Shown: piece by piece, positions 24,318 through 34,489 of the stretch
How the letters are laid out: each line of letters begins with the position of its first letter
Numbering within the stretch: position 1 is the first letter of the stretch
Position numbers and translations under genes: made by a program
Source: Spirochaetia bacterium
GTDB taxonomy: Bacteria > Spirochaetota > Spirochaetia > DSM-2461
Length of the DNA: 64,000 bases
Direction: 5' to 3'
NCBI GenBank assembly: GCA_963666985.2
Contig: CAXXIA010000001.1
Coordinates: 1,312,001 to 1,376,000 of the forward strand
Notes under the pieces: generated by a model
The model's database searches: none
Seen by the model: the letters and a program-made list of their open reading frames with translations, nothing else
Told to the model about the DNA's origin: nothing

Positions 24318-25646
24318 CTATTTCTTCTTATAAACTACGACGCCGGCATTTTCAACTTTTTCCCAGGCATCGGGGTTTACGGGTTCTTCGTTAGTTCCGA
24401 GCAGCAATATACCGCCGGGCTTTAAAACGTCATCCAACACGGTAAATACCGAAATCTGCTTATCCGGCGACAAATATGAAATGGTGTCCCTCATAACGAC
24501 CATATCCAGCTTCGGCAGTGTATTTTCATGTGATATATCATGATACTCGAAAAGAACGGCATCTTTAATCACTTTTTTAAATTGACGCCCTTTCGTACTC
24601 TTGGTCAGAAATTCTTCAAAAGGATCACCAAGGGGATTTTCGCCCAAAACAAGTCCCGGTGCCGTCGAAACCCTGATAAGGTCGTTGTCATGAGCGATAA
24701 TCCGCAGATGGACTTCCGGCAGGGCTTTTTTAATCATGCAGGCCACCGAATAACTCTCATGACCGCCGCCGCATCCTGGATTCCAGACATTGAAATTCCC
24801 TTTTTGGCTTTTCGGCAGAAAAGACGCGACTTTCCCGATGTAGTCCGGATTCCATAAAGTTCCGGAAAAAGGAGACGAGAACGGAGCGATAAAGGCTTCC
24901 GCGTCCTGCCTATTGGTCAGCTGAACGTCATCCCCGCGCTGGGATTTCCAGGTGGCGAAACGGCGGATGATCCATTCCCGGTTCACGGGGCTTGAGTAAA
25001 ACGAGAGAAACGTAACCAGTGTTTCTTCAATAAATCCGATGTCGATATTCTCTTCCGAGGCCGCGGGAGCGGCTTTGGGCGCTTTACCGGCGGCTTTGGG
25101 TGCTTCGGCGGGTGCCGGAGGCGCGGCCTTCCTCTCCGATCTCTCCGGAGCCTCGGTCGGTTCTTCCGTCCCGAAGATCCGTTCCATGTCCAGAATCACA
25201 TAGAGCCGGCCTTCGTTTTCAACAACTCCGCTGATGTACTTAATGTTGATGTCTCCGAAGAGAGGATGCGGCGGCTGAACATTTTCCGATGCAATTCCCA
25301 CAACCTTATCGATGGTATCGACGACAACGGCGATGACGTGGCCGTCCAGACGGAGAATAATCATATTCTCCAAATCATTTTCGGCGGTCTCTTCACTCTC
25401 ATTCAAAAGATTAAAAAAGACTCTCAGATCGATAACCGAAATGATGTCTCCGCGCAGATTGTAAACCCCTTTAACGAACGGCGCGGCATTGGGAACAAAC
25501 GTAAATTTTGAGGCTTTGGAGATTTCCTTGACCTTCATGATATCGATTCCATAATCTTTACCGGCCAAGGAGAATGTCACCATTTTGAAGTCGATACGGG
25601 ATTGCTCCGCCTGTTCTTTATGTTTTTTAACAGCTGTCTGTTCCAT
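24318..25646 (-). CDS. cheW: CheW-CheR-like fusion protein (spirochaete CheW3 type)
   Basis: N-terminal CheW (YGIDIMKVKEI, GVYNLRGDII), Pro/Ala linker, C-terminal CheR-like domain (VWNPGCGGGHESYSVA, FEYHD). Confidence 0.9.
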   Translation of the reverse strand: MEQTAVKKHKEQAEQSRIDFKMVTFSLAGKDYGIDIMKVKEISKASKFTFVPNAAPFVKGVYNLRGDIISVIDLRVFFNLLNESEETAENDLENMIILRLDGHVIAVVVDTIDKVVGIASENVQPPHPLFGDINIKYISGVVENEGRLYVILDMERIFGTEEPTEAPERSERKAAPPAPAEAPKAAGKAPKAAPAASEENIDIGFIEETLVTFLSFYSSPVNREWIIRRFATWKSQRGDDVQLTNRQDAEAFIAPFSSPFSGTLWNPDYIGKVASFLPKSQKGNFNVWNPGCGGGHESYSVACMIKKALPEVHLRIIAHDNDLIRVSTAPGLVLGENPLGDPFEEFLTKSTKGRQFKKVIKDAVLFEYHDISHENTLPKLDMVVMRDTISYLSPDKQISVFTVLDDVLKPGGILLLGTNEEPVNPDAWEKVENAGVVVYKKK

Positions 25647-25655
25647 AAAGCTCCC

Positions 25656-27995
25656 CTACCTTACAACCCGATTCCGACGGGCTTCCTGTTCTCTTCGAAC
25701 ACTGAGATCGAGTAATTGACTGACATCAATAATAAGGGATACGGTTCCGTCTCCGAGAATCGTGGCCCCGGCGATGCCGGGAGAATTGGTGTAGCGGTCT
25801 TTGAGAGGTTTAATCACCACATCTTCTTCGCCGATGAGCGAATCCACCATTAATCCCATTTTCTTATCTCCGCTGCCGACAATGACGACGAAGGTGTACT
25901 CCGAACTCTGTTCGGATTCAATTCTGAACAGCTTTCCAAGCCGAAGGAGACTGATAACGTCTTCTCTGACGTTGAAAACCTCGTAATTATCAAGAATATT
26001 GATTTCCTCGGGCTTTATGCGGTGACTTTCAACAACGCTGGTAATGGGAATGGCGTATATTTCCGTTCCGACACGAACCAGGAGTCCCTGAATAATCGCC
26101 AGAGTCAGCGGAAGTTTAATCGTAAAGCGCGTTCCCTCTCCCAGTTTGGACCAGACGGTTACGCTTCCGTTGAGTTTTTCGATCTGCTTTCTGACAACAT
26201 CCAATCCGACACCGCGGCCGGAAATATTCGTTACCTGCTGCGCGGTTGAGAAGCCGGGCTCAAAAATCAGGTTGAACGCTTCGATGTCCGATAACGCTTT
26301 ATTCGGATGGATAATTCCTTTATCAATGGCCTTTTTTCGAACCGTATCAACGTCGATGCCCGCTCCGTCGTCGGCAATCTCGATAACGATCATGTTGCCT
26401 TCATTGGAAGCTTTCAGAAGAAGACGCCCATGAGCGGGTTTCCCGGCCTTGCGCCTTACTTCAGACGATTCAATTCCGTGATCCAGCGAATTCCGAACAC
26501 AATGCATCAAAGGATCAAGCAGCTCTTCGGTAACCGACTTATCCAGTTCGGTATCCTCTCCTTCGATGATCAAATCCAGCTGCTTATCAAGACTCTTCGA
26601 GAGATCCCGTACCAGACGCGGGAATCGGCTGAAAATCTGACTGATCGGAACCATCCTGATTCTCAAGATGGCCTCGTGAAGGTCGCTTGTATTCCGTCCG
26701 AGATTCGCGGATGTGTTCCTAAAAGCGCCGACGGTATTCTTCAATCGGGATTCGAAAACATCAAAAGCGCCGTAAAGAGAGCCGTATTTCTCATTTATTT
26801 CGGACTTTATCTCTTTTACGGGCCTGCCGTCCTTAAGCTCTCCCAGCCATTCCGGCACCGAATCGAACAGAGCTTTCAAGCCTTCTTTATAGATGGACTC
26901 GGCTCCCGAGAGTTCGGTCAAGATTTCATTGAACTGAATACTGATCTGGTTGAATGTGGCTTTATTAATAACCGATTCACTGACGAGATTCAGCAGATTG
27001 TCGATGCGCTGACTGTCCACCCTCAGAATGGATCCGCCCTGGGCATCCCGCTTCATTGCCGGTTTCGGGGCTTTCGTAATTTTTTCTTCGGAAGCCGGCT
27101 CCTCTTTCACGGTCTCTTCAGCCTGAACCGGTTTTGAAGCGACTTCCGGTTCCTGCTTTTCTTCCGCCGCGGGTTCTTCATCGATTCCGCCGACGTCGAC
27201 ATGCGTTGTTACATCCTCGACCATCGCCGCCGATTCGAGCTCCCCTCGGTCTTCTTTCGTGGAAATATAGTAATCAACAATCGGATGAAACGTATCCTCG
27301 TATAAAGCATCGAAATCGGGAACGGTTTTCAAGATTTGACCATATGTCTTCATTTTCGCGAAAACCTGGATTCCCCCGACGCTGTTCATGGGATTCGATT
27401 CGTCGAAAAACACTCTGATTCGGAGCACCGATTCGCCCTCGGCGGCGGCCTCCTTCAATTCAAGCTTTTCATATTCGGTCAGTGCCGGAGCTTTTACGGC
27501 GTGTTTCTTCTTTTCAGGCTTGGCAACCTCGTTCATGGGCTTTGCATCGGGTTCCGTGGTGGGCTTGGCCGGAGCTTTTCCCTTTCCGCCCGAGTCTTTC
27601 TTGGCAATCATCATTTCGAGATTGGCTTTAACTCCCGAGTAATCTTCTTCATAAACGCTTCCCTCGGTTCGGGCGGCCAGCATGGCCTTAATAACATCAA
27701 TTGAAGAAAGGAGTGTATCGACATTTTCCTCGGCGACTTTGACGTTCCCGCTCCGTATTTCATCCAGAAGATCTTCCATGAGATGCGTGAAAGAAGAAAG
27801 CTCTTCCATCTGAACCGTAGCCGACCCGCCTTTAAGCGTATGGGCCGCTCTAAAGATCTCATCAATCGCGTCATGATCTGTGGGATCGTCCTCAAGGGCC
27901 AGGATATTCTGCTCCATCACCTCGACTTGCATCTGAGCTTCGGAGAAAAAATCCTTCAGTAGTTCTTCATTGTTCGGATCCAAATAATCGCTCAT
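25656..27995 (-). CDS. cheA: Chemotaxis histidine kinase CheA
   Basis: IFRAAHTLKG (Hpt), HCVRNSLDHGIE, DDGAG, GFST, SGRGVGLDVV and a C-terminal CheW domain. Confidence 0.97.
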   Translation of the reverse strand: MSDYLDPNNEELLKDFFSEAQMQVEVMEQNILALEDDPTDHDAIDEIFRAAHTLKGGSATVQMEELSSFTHLMEDLLDEIRSGNVKVAEENVDTLLSSIDVIKAMLAARTEGSVYEEDYSGVKANLEMMIAKKDSGGKGKAPAKPTTEPDAKPMNEVAKPEKKKHAVKAPALTEYEKLELKEAAAEGESVLRIRVFFDESNPMNSVGGIQVFAKMKTYGQILKTVPDFDALYEDTFHPIVDYYISTKEDRGELESAAMVEDVTTHVDVGGIDEEPAAEEKQEPEVASKPVQAEETVKEEPASEEKITKAPKPAMKRDAQGGSILRVDSQRIDNLLNLVSESVINKATFNQISIQFNEILTELSGAESIYKEGLKALFDSVPEWLGELKDGRPVKEIKSEINEKYGSLYGAFDVFESRLKNTVGAFRNTSANLGRNTSDLHEAILRIRMVPISQIFSRFPRLVRDLSKSLDKQLDLIIEGEDTELDKSVTEELLDPLMHCVRNSLDHGIESSEVRRKAGKPAHGRLLLKASNEGNMIVIEIADDGAGIDVDTVRKKAIDKGIIHPNKALSDIEAFNLIFEPGFSTAQQVTNISGRGVGLDVVRKQIEKLNGSVTVWSKLGEGTRFTIKLPLTLAIIQGLLVRVGTEIYAIPITSVVESHRIKPEEINILDNYEVFNVREDVISLLRLGKLFRIESEQSSEYTFVVIVGSGDKKMGLMVDSLIGEEDVVIKPLKDRYTNSPGIAGATILGDGTVSLIIDVSQLLDLSVRREQEARRNRVVR

Positions 27996-28086
27996 ATCGC
28001 TGCCTTGAAAATGAATTCTTCTTTAAATTATAGAGATATGTTCACGTCTATGCACGAATTTCTTGCAGAGAAATTATTCCTGATAG

Positions 28087-28115
28087 AAAAAAAGCCCGGC
28101 TTTGCCGGGCCTTTT
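28087..28115 (-). terminator. Intrinsic terminator after flaA (possibly bidirectional)
   Basis: GCCCGGC-AAA-GCCGGGC followed by T7 on the minus strand. Confidence 0.85.
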
Positions 28116-28136
28116 CGTATCAAGAAAGCCGATTCC

Positions 28137-29192
28137 TTAATTCTCCGCGCCGGAAGTTTCGGGATCTTTGTGCATTTTCTGTTCTTCAAGGTAGCGAAGA
28201 ACCTGCTCATTGCCCAAACGGCGAAGTTCGGCTTCGCGGCGTGCTTTCTCACGAGCGGCCAGGATTCCCCATACCTGCTCATGTTCGATATCCTGCGTAC
28301 CGTCGTCAAGAACGGCTTTGTCGAACTTTACATAGATATCCTTCACGTAGCAGATGAAGTCGCCGCCTTCCTGCATGGCGTCCCGGTAGAACTGAAGGCT
28401 GTCCAGGGTAACGGAAGGAGCGGAACTGGGATAAAGGGGCTCGGCCCTAAGGGTTCGTTTCGCGACATCATAAATATAATTGGGATTCTGCCAGGTCAGG
28501 GTTTTCCAACCGTCGAAATTAAGATAACCCATGGGGATTTCCTGGGTTTGTTCATCATCATCGATAAGAACAACGGCCATTCCCATGGGATAGTTCATCC
28601 CGAAGACCTTAACGCTGACTTCTTTAATGGTTCCGACGTTCTTCAGAACGCCCCAGCCGTTGAACTGATTGCCGATGGCGGCTTTCTGCTCGTCGGTGAG
28701 ATTCTCCATGTCGTTTACGTTAATGGATCCATGAGTGGCATAGGCCGGGATGTCGAACGGAGGTTCAACCCAGGCATAGGAATTGAACGAACCGGTGGGA
28801 TAGTGCACGCGGATACCCAGAACCTGCTTGCCGTGAGGTTCTCTCTTCGCTTCAATGGATTCCGGATTCGCATCGGTTTGCTGGCCGTCGGCCGCTTCGT
28901 TCACAATAACCCTGGCGACTTGGCACAGAGTATCGTTCATAATGGTTCTGGAAGAACTCGAGAGTCTGACTTTCCAATTCTCAAGCCAAAGGGAAGTGTT
29001 CATTTCCGCTTTTTCTTGTTCGTTGTACGTTGTTCCGGCATATGTGCCGAATTCAACGTATGTAGCCTCGTTCTCTCCACCGTATTCATCGGACCTGTCG
29101 ATTACACTAAAATCGATGAGCGGCTTTTCATCCGCGGCTACGGCCATAGCCACGCATAAAATGAGCACCGTCACTACGAATATCTTCTTCAT
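28137..29192 (-). CDS. flaA: Flagellar filament sheath protein FlaA
   Basis: ATG 29192 after AAGGAG; signal peptide; LENWKVRLSSS, VLGIRVHYP, GVLKNVGTIK, GYLNFDGWK.LTW.NPNY. Confidence 0.93.
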   Translation of the reverse strand: MKKIFVVTVLILCVAMAVAADEKPLIDFSVIDRSDEYGGENEATYVEFGTYAGTTYNEQEKAEMNTSLWLENWKVRLSSSSRTIMNDTLCQVARVIVNEAADGQQTDANPESIEAKREPHGKQVLGIRVHYPTGSFNSYAWVEPPFDIPAYATHGSINVNDMENLTDEQKAAIGNQFNGWGVLKNVGTIKEVSVKVFGMNYPMGMAVVLIDDDEQTQEIPMGYLNFDGWKTLTWQNPNYIYDVAKRTLRAEPLYPSSAPSVTLDSLQFYRDAMQEGGDFICYVKDIYVKFDKAVLDDGTQDIEHEQVWGILAAREKARREAELRRLGNEQVLRYLEEQKMHKDPETSGAEN

Positions 29193-29238
29193 GGATAGCT
29201 CCTTTGGCAAATTTTGCTTTATTTCTCCTATATGAAAA

Positions 29239-29266
29239 ACTATAGCGGGCCGCTGGAGACTGTCAA
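29239..29266 (-). promoter_or_regulatory. sigma70 promoter for flaA
   Basis: Minus strand TTGACA-N16-TATAGT with upstream A-tracts (UP-element-like). Confidence 0.8.
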
Positions 29267-29316
29267 CGAATTAAATTTTTTTTTTGCCTCTTTTTCTTCT
29301 ATTTTAAGGTATTCCG

Positions 29317-29817
29317 TCAATTTATGGAGGCTTTTTCCGTAAAGTACGGGGCATGCACCTGACTTCCGTTAATCATGAATACGGCCTCTTCAATACGAGG
29401 AAAATTAAAAAGAATATTATACTTTATGTTTTCGAGCGCTTCTTCGGTCGAAATCGATAATTCCATATCCGATTTCAGCATCCGTTCGTCGAAGTCGATA
29501 TAGACCGTTCTGCCGATAACGGCGACGTTCCTTGTTGAAGTTCCCCTGGGCGCCGTCCGAGAAAGATGCAGATCAACGGGACCTAAAAAAAGTTCTTCCA
29601 AAAACACCGAAATTTTCTCTTCAATATCCCTGCGCCCCGGTATGCCTCGTCTCTCCGATCCCGTGCGGATTCCCGCGTTGTCCGGATAAAAGAAGATCCG
29701 ACCTTCGACATTGGGCCGAAAAACCAAATAGAAAACGAGCGAAAGAAGAAATACAAGCGCCAGTAAAGCCGGCGGCATCAGGGATCCGGTTAAAAAGCTT
29801 CGTAATCGAGATGTCAT
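29317..29817 (-). CDS. GerMN-domain membrane protein
   Basis: N-terminal TM; LEELFLGP, VYIDFD, NFPRIEEAVFMING; coupled to the amidase. Confidence 0.75.
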   Translation of the reverse strand: MTSRLRSFLTGSLMPPALLALVFLLSLVFYLVFRPNVEGRIFFYPDNAGIRTGSERRGIPGRRDIEEKISVFLEELFLGPVDLHLSRTAPRGTSTRNVAVIGRTVYIDFDERMLKSDMELSISTEEALENIKYNILFNFPRIEEAVFMINGSQVHAPYFTEKASIN

Positions 29818-30956
29818 TTGCGCCGCTCCCGGCCTTCAAAATACGTTACAAAATCCACAACGCCATTATAGAGACCCTCGGCGATGCGGCTCAAGTATTC
29901 GGGATTGCGAAGCCGGCCCGCTTCGGAGACTTGCGTAACGAATCCGACCTCGACAAGAACCGAAGCCATTCGGGTGTTCCGCACGACGAACCAGCTTTCC
30001 TCCCGCCTTCCCCGATTCGGGACATCCGATCCCAAAGTTTTATCAAAACCGGCAAGAATCATATCCGCCAAACGAACGCTCTCGTGCGTGAACTCTTCTT
30101 CCCAAAGGGCGTTGACGATGGGGAGAATATCGTCCGTATCGCTGCCGAGGCTTTCCGCGTCCACGAGCGTTCTTCTGTAATCCTGGGGCAAGTACCAGAC
30201 TTCATATCCTTCGGCCGCCGTATTCAGCGAAGCATTGGCATGAATGGAAATGTACACCATCCCTTCGCGAGGCTTCAATTCAATGCTGTTGGCAAGAGAA
30301 ACCCGATCTTCCAGGGTGGGATAAACGTCGTTTTCGCGTGTCAGCATCACGATTTTATCGGGATAGGTTTTTTTCAGGTTTTCCGCCAGCCTTAAGGCGA
30401 TTTCCAATGCCACATCCTTCTCCACAAGAGGGAAAGGCACACCGTCGATGGGCCAGGTTCTCCCCGCACCGTCGTCTTTTCCGCCGTGCCCGGGATCGAT
30501 AAGGATTGTTGAAAGCCTGTAAGAATCATCCCCGCCGGTTTCGACATTGAAAACCCTCAAAATCGTATCCGCCGCTTCGGAAGAAAAAACAAGACGGCCG
30601 TTTTCTTCCAAAACGGTACCGGTAACGATAAGCTTCTCACCGTTGAGAACCATCCAGGGATCGCCGGGTCTGAAAACCAGCACCGCGCCGTCCCGGCTCA
30701 GCCTGCCGGCGTGTCTCCAGGGATCCCACATGAGAACGGCGCCGGTTTTCTGCAGGATTTTTTCAAGGTCCATCGATTCGGCACCGGCTCTCGGCGGTAC
30801 GGCGGCGCATATCAGGAGAAAGGCAAACAGGAAAAGCGCGGCCTGCTTTCGCGGCCGGCTTCCGTCAGGAGCTTCATGAGAATTTCGAGCGCCGCCGTAC
30901 GCCGCACCCGGTGCCGAAAGATCCTTTTTCAACAGCCCTCTATATCCGCCGTTCAA
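29814..30956 (-). CDS. N-acetylmuramoyl-L-alanine amidase (Amidase_3)
   Basis: DPGHGG, EKD, LTRE.D, SIHANA, VLVEVGF. Start uncertain (TTG 30956 chosen; ORF extends to 31019). Confidence 0.9.
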   Translation of the reverse strand: MNGGYRGLLKKDLSAPGAAYGGARNSHEAPDGSRPRKQAALFLFAFLLICAAVPPRAGAESMDLEKILQKTGAVLMWDPWRHAGRLSRDGAVLVFRPGDPWMVLNGEKLIVTGTVLEENGRLVFSSEAADTILRVFNVETGGDDSYRLSTILIDPGHGGKDDGAGRTWPIDGVPFPLVEKDVALEIALRLAENLKKTYPDKIVMLTRENDVYPTLEDRVSLANSIELKPREGMVYISIHANASLNTAAEGYEVWYLPQDYRRTLVDAESLGSDTDDILPIVNALWEEEFTHESVRLADMILAGFDKTLGSDVPNRGRREESWFVVRNTRMASVLVEVGFVTQVSEAGRLRNPEYLSRIAEGLYNGVVDFVTYFEGRERRK

Positions 30957-32487
30957 GATACCACCTTGCTCCGGGAAGTCCGCCGCGAACCAGTGCTTTA
31001 TAGAAATCGGAAAGGACATTCTCGTCGGTCTTTTTTCCGGGTAAGCCGCTCATCAGGATTTGAAGAAGCCCCTCCGAGGCCAAAATCTCCATCGCTTCGG
31101 AAAATTTCAAGCCCGTATAATCCCGCACATCGGAGATGCTTTCGGGAAGCGGGATTTCAGGAAGATCGACCGGGCATCCCCGGGAGGGTTTCGGCGGACG
31201 GCGCTTCCATAACGGCGAAAAAGCATCGCCGACATCAAAAAAATCGGGAGGGAAAGGCCCGAAGCCGTCCAGATAGAGCCCCGTGGCCTCATCGGCCGGA
31301 TCCAATTCCAGCCGGAGTTCCCTCAAAGCCGCCCGAGCGCGTTCGTCGGCCGTTTGCCTGTCGGGGGCGACGGCGATGACGTTCCCGGCCTTCTCGACGT
31401 TGTTCCTGGGGAAAAGGAGTTTATCGCCTGTTTTGTAGCGTAAAAAAACCTCTTTCACTCCGGAAAGACCAAGGGCCTTTTCCGCCCCTTTGAGAACACG
31501 GACGGTTCCGTCGATGCCGATAAGCGCCCGTTCGGCGCAAACGGTCCCTTCGGCGCTCTTCGGAAGATCGGCGGGAAGCCCCGCGGCCAGACGAAGGCCG
31601 CCTCGTGTCGGCTCGACGCCGCTTGCATAGGGCCAAGTCCATCCGGACATGTATCCGCCCGAGAGTCTTCCGGCAATCTCGCCGATCATGGGCCCCGAAG
31701 GGGTCAGCTTGACATCCCCCTTCGCGGCTCCGTGAGTCAATCCCAAAGCCGCGATGCCCTCGGAAAATACGTTCCAAAGTTTTTCGGCTGTCTCGTTATT
31801 CACATTCGACGGGATGGTGTGGCCGATTTCGATAAAATACGGAGGGAAGACGATGTGCCTGTCGGCCAAGCCGCACCGAAGGATGTTCCCGTTCTCAACC
31901 AGAGCGTCCAGACTGAACTCAGGTCCCTCCATGTAACTTTCCAAAAGAGCCCTTCGGGTTCGGGAATAACCGCGCGCCGTATCCAACGCATCCGCAAGAT
32001 GAGAGGCCTCGTCAATGCGGACAACACCCCGGGCCCCCATACTGTCCACCGGCTTCACAACCCACGGACCGGGAACGGCGGAAGCGGCGGCATCGACATC
32101 ATCGCCGCTTCCCACTTCAATAAAGGGCGGTGAAGGAACACCCGCCTCTCGGAAGGCCCGCCTCATCAGGATTTTATCGGTGGCGCGAAGGGCCGCTTCG
32201 GGCGAGTGTCCGGGAAGACCGAATGCCGAGGCGATAACGGCGACCGAGTAGGAAAAGTCCGTTCCGGCGGTAAAAACGCCGTCCGGGCCCCCTCCGCCGT
32301 TCAGGCTCGCGGCCGCATCGATGAGAGCGGCCGTATCTTTCAGGTCCACCGGAAAAAACTCGTCGCATAAACCGCATCCCGCGGCTTGTGAATTGCCGTC
32401 GGCGGCGGCGACATACCACCCCATGTCCCGAGCGATACGAAGAGCGGGCACCTGCATGGGGCCGCATCCGAGGATGAATATTTTCAT
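30940..32487 (-). CDS. ATP-grasp domain ligase
   Basis: ILGCGPMQ, DKILMR, VVKPVDSMGARGV, ESYMEGPEFS, IGEIAGRLSGG. Confidence 0.88.
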   Translation of the reverse strand: MKIFILGCGPMQVPALRIARDMGWYVAAADGNSQAAGCGLCDEFFPVDLKDTAALIDAAASLNGGGGPDGVFTAGTDFSYSVAVIASAFGLPGHSPEAALRATDKILMRRAFREAGVPSPPFIEVGSGDDVDAAASAVPGPWVVKPVDSMGARGVVRIDEASHLADALDTARGYSRTRRALLESYMEGPEFSLDALVENGNILRCGLADRHIVFPPYFIEIGHTIPSNVNNETAEKLWNVFSEGIAALGLTHGAAKGDVKLTPSGPMIGEIAGRLSGGYMSGWTWPYASGVEPTRGGLRLAAGLPADLPKSAEGTVCAERALIGIDGTVRVLKGAEKALGLSGVKEVFLRYKTGDKLLFPRNNVEKAGNVIAVAPDRQTADERARAALRELRLELDPADEATGLYLDGFGPFPPDFFDVGDAFSPLWKRRPPKPSRGCPVDLPEIPLPESISDVRDYTGLKFSEAMEILASEGLLQILMSGLPGKKTDENVLSDFYKALVRGGLPGARWYLERRI

Positions 32488-32506
32488 CGGTTGATTCTCA
32501 GACAAC

Positions 32507-34486
32507 TTAGGACTCCTTGACGGCATAAACCTCGAAGGTATCGCCCAGCCTCATGAGCCGGCTGATAAGGCCCGCCGAACGAAAAAGAACACTCCCTTTT
32601 CGGGGAGAAAAAGCGAATCTTTCCGGATGATGACCGGTAACGCGGATTCGATAAACCCTGAATCCGTGTTTGGATAAAAGCCGCCGGGCCGTTTGGGGAG
32701 TCCAGATTGTGTAGTGATCTTCCGGACTGTTTTCCAAAAATCGGCGGAAGTCCCGGCGGCCGCTGATGCCTGATCCGTTGGGAGTGGAAAGGGCCAGAAC
32801 ACCGCCCCGCCTGATGAGTGAGGAGACGGCCTCCAGAACCGCATGCACATCGGGAAAATGCTCGATGACGTACCATAACGTGACGGCGTCGAAAGCGCCG
32901 ATTCCGAAGATTTCGGCCGGATTGTCGAAAGGAAACATCGCCCGCTGCGCCGGGAGCCCCAATTCGTTTCGGACATAAGCAACCCCTTCTTCGGATACAT
33001 CAATGCCGTAAGGGTCCCATCCTTCCTGCCGGGAGGCATCAAGAAACGGTCCGAAAGCGCATCCGATATCCAGAAGACTTCCCCCCGAAGGCATTCGACT
33101 CCGGATAATTCGGAGCCTGGAGAACGCCATGGCTTTAATCGCGCCGAAATCCTCAAGATAGGTCCGTCCGTACTGATTCCGATATTCCCGTTCAAAATAA
33201 GAAGGCCCGTATTCGTCTTTTTTCAGCCGGAAACGGTAGAGGCCCGTCATGCCGCAGCGCGGACAGCGGTAATAGGTGCGCGCCGGGAACCGGGCGATGA
33301 CGGGAGGAAGGAGATTCCCGCAGGCCGCGCAGCGGGGCGAGGGCGCCTCCAGTTCTCCCAAGAAATCACTGAGACAGCCTGAGGCGGCCGGAGTTTCGGC
33401 GGTGCTCCGGGTTTCGGGGAATCCCGGATTTGCGGCGGTTCCCGCGACTCCGGAGGCGGAGGAGGCGGAGGAGGCGGAGGCCGGAATTTCTGAGAGGTTT
33501 CCCGGTACTTCAAGACCCGCATCCTCAGTCCCCAAAAGACCGGCCCTTTCGGCAATCCGCCGGGAGGATTGTTCAACGTTCCGACGTGCTTCTTCCGCCG
33601 ATGATGCGGCATCCTTCAAAAATCCGGAAAGAGCCGGAAATCCGAACTGTTTTGAGAGTGATTCATGATACGGAGTGGGATCAATAATCAGCACGGCGCA
33701 TCCGGCGGCAACGGCTTCCCAAGCGGTCAGTCCGTAGGAACAGACCACAAGTCCGTAGTTTCCAAGCCGTTCTTTAAGCTCTTTCGGCTTTCCAAGATCG
33801 GCAACGCCCTCCGGGAGATCCTTTTCGGAGAATCCCGAAGGGCGTGTCACGGCGATTTGCGAAGGTGCGAAGGTGCCCCGTGCAAGCAGTGATTGAACCG
33901 CCGGAATCGTCAGATTCGCCGGATCATGCCCTCCGAAACTCACGAGAACCGGTCCCGAAGCGTCAGGACTTCGCCGATGCGAAGGCAGATCGAGAAGACG
34001 AATATCCGTAATATTCGCCTCTCCTTCCCTTTCTCCGGGAATGGCATTCACGACGAACGGCGCCCGCTTTACGGCGCTTCCCGTATCATCCAATAAAACG
34101 GGCGTGGCGACCCGAGCCCACCTTTTCAGTTCGGCCATATCGGTGGAGCGGCGGTCGAACACGATGAGAGTCCCGGGCGCGGTCGAAGCCGTCAATGAAC
34201 CGGAAGAAAAAGACGTATCGGCCCCGGAATCATCGCCATTTGTTAAATCGGTTCCGGCAAAAATCGCCGATTCCTCGCTCCCGCTTTCCAAAATGGAAAC
34301 AGAACCGGGAAATCCTTCAATTTCGTTCGCCCATTTGGCCGCCGATATATTCTCCGGAGAGGTTCTTTCAAGAACGATAGAAGCCTTTTCCCCAAGTTCC
34401 CGAGCGGCCTTCCAGCATCTTCGCAGATGACCGGAGCCCATTCCCCGTCGGTTTAAGGGGATAAAAAGAATTTTCTCGGCAGGCAT
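32507..34486 (-). CDS. SpsG/PseG-like GT-B domain fused to a Zn-ribbon and class I SAM methyltransferase
   Basis: GMGSGHLRR, LVSFGGHD, GLTAWEA; CAAC/CPRC; LLDIGCAFG, FDAVTLWYVIEH, LSTPN. Confidence 0.8.
   Translation of the reverse strand: MPAEKILFIPLNRRGMGSGHLRRCWKAARELGEKASIVLERTSPENISAAKWANEIEGFPGSVSILESGSEESAIFAGTDLTNGDDSGADTSFSSGSLTASTAPGTLIVFDRRSTDMAELKRWARVATPVLLDDTGSAVKRAPFVVNAIPGEREGEANITDIRLLDLPSHRRSPDASGPVLVSFGGHDPANLTIPAVQSLLARGTFAPSQIAVTRPSGFSEKDLPEGVADLGKPKELKERLGNYGLVVCSYGLTAWEAVAAGCAVLIIDPTPYHESLSKQFGFPALSGFLKDAASSAEEARRNVEQSSRRIAERAGLLGTEDAGLEVPGNLSEIPASASSASSASGVAGTAANPGFPETRSTAETPAASGCLSDFLGELEAPSPRCAACGNLLPPVIARFPARTYYRCPRCGMTGLYRFRLKKDEYGPSYFEREYRNQYGRTYLEDFGAIKAMAFSRLRIIRSRMPSGGSLLDIGCAFGPFLDASRQEGWDPYGIDVSEEGVAYVRNELGLPAQRAMFPFDNPAEIFGIGAFDAVTLWYVIEHFPDVHAVLEAVSSLIRRGGVLALSTPNGSGISGRRDFRRFLENSPEDHYTIWTPQTARRLLSKHGFRVYRIRVTGHHPERFAFSPRKGSVLFRSAGLISRLMRLGDTFEVYAVKES
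33452..33478. repeat. In-frame 9-bp tandem repeat (GGAGGCGGA x3) encoding Ala/Ser linker residues
   Basis: Read directly; lies in the interdomain linker (ASASSASSAS). Confidence 0.8.
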
Positions 34487-34489
34487 CCT

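Noticed and set aside
24318..25646. CheW-CheR fusion as a novelty
   Set aside because: Already known in spirochaetes (CheW3 type).
28005..29159. 384-aa plus-strand ORF
   Set aside because: Antisense shadow of flaA with no recognisable motifs; it also spans the terminator.
29205..29218. sigma54 site TGGCAAATTTTGC
   Set aside because: GG-to-GC spacing is 8 rather than 10 nt, and the orientation is opposite to flaA.
33452..33478. 9-bp tandem repeat as a phase-variation switch
   Set aside because: The unit is a multiple of three in a low-complexity linker, so slippage would not frameshift.
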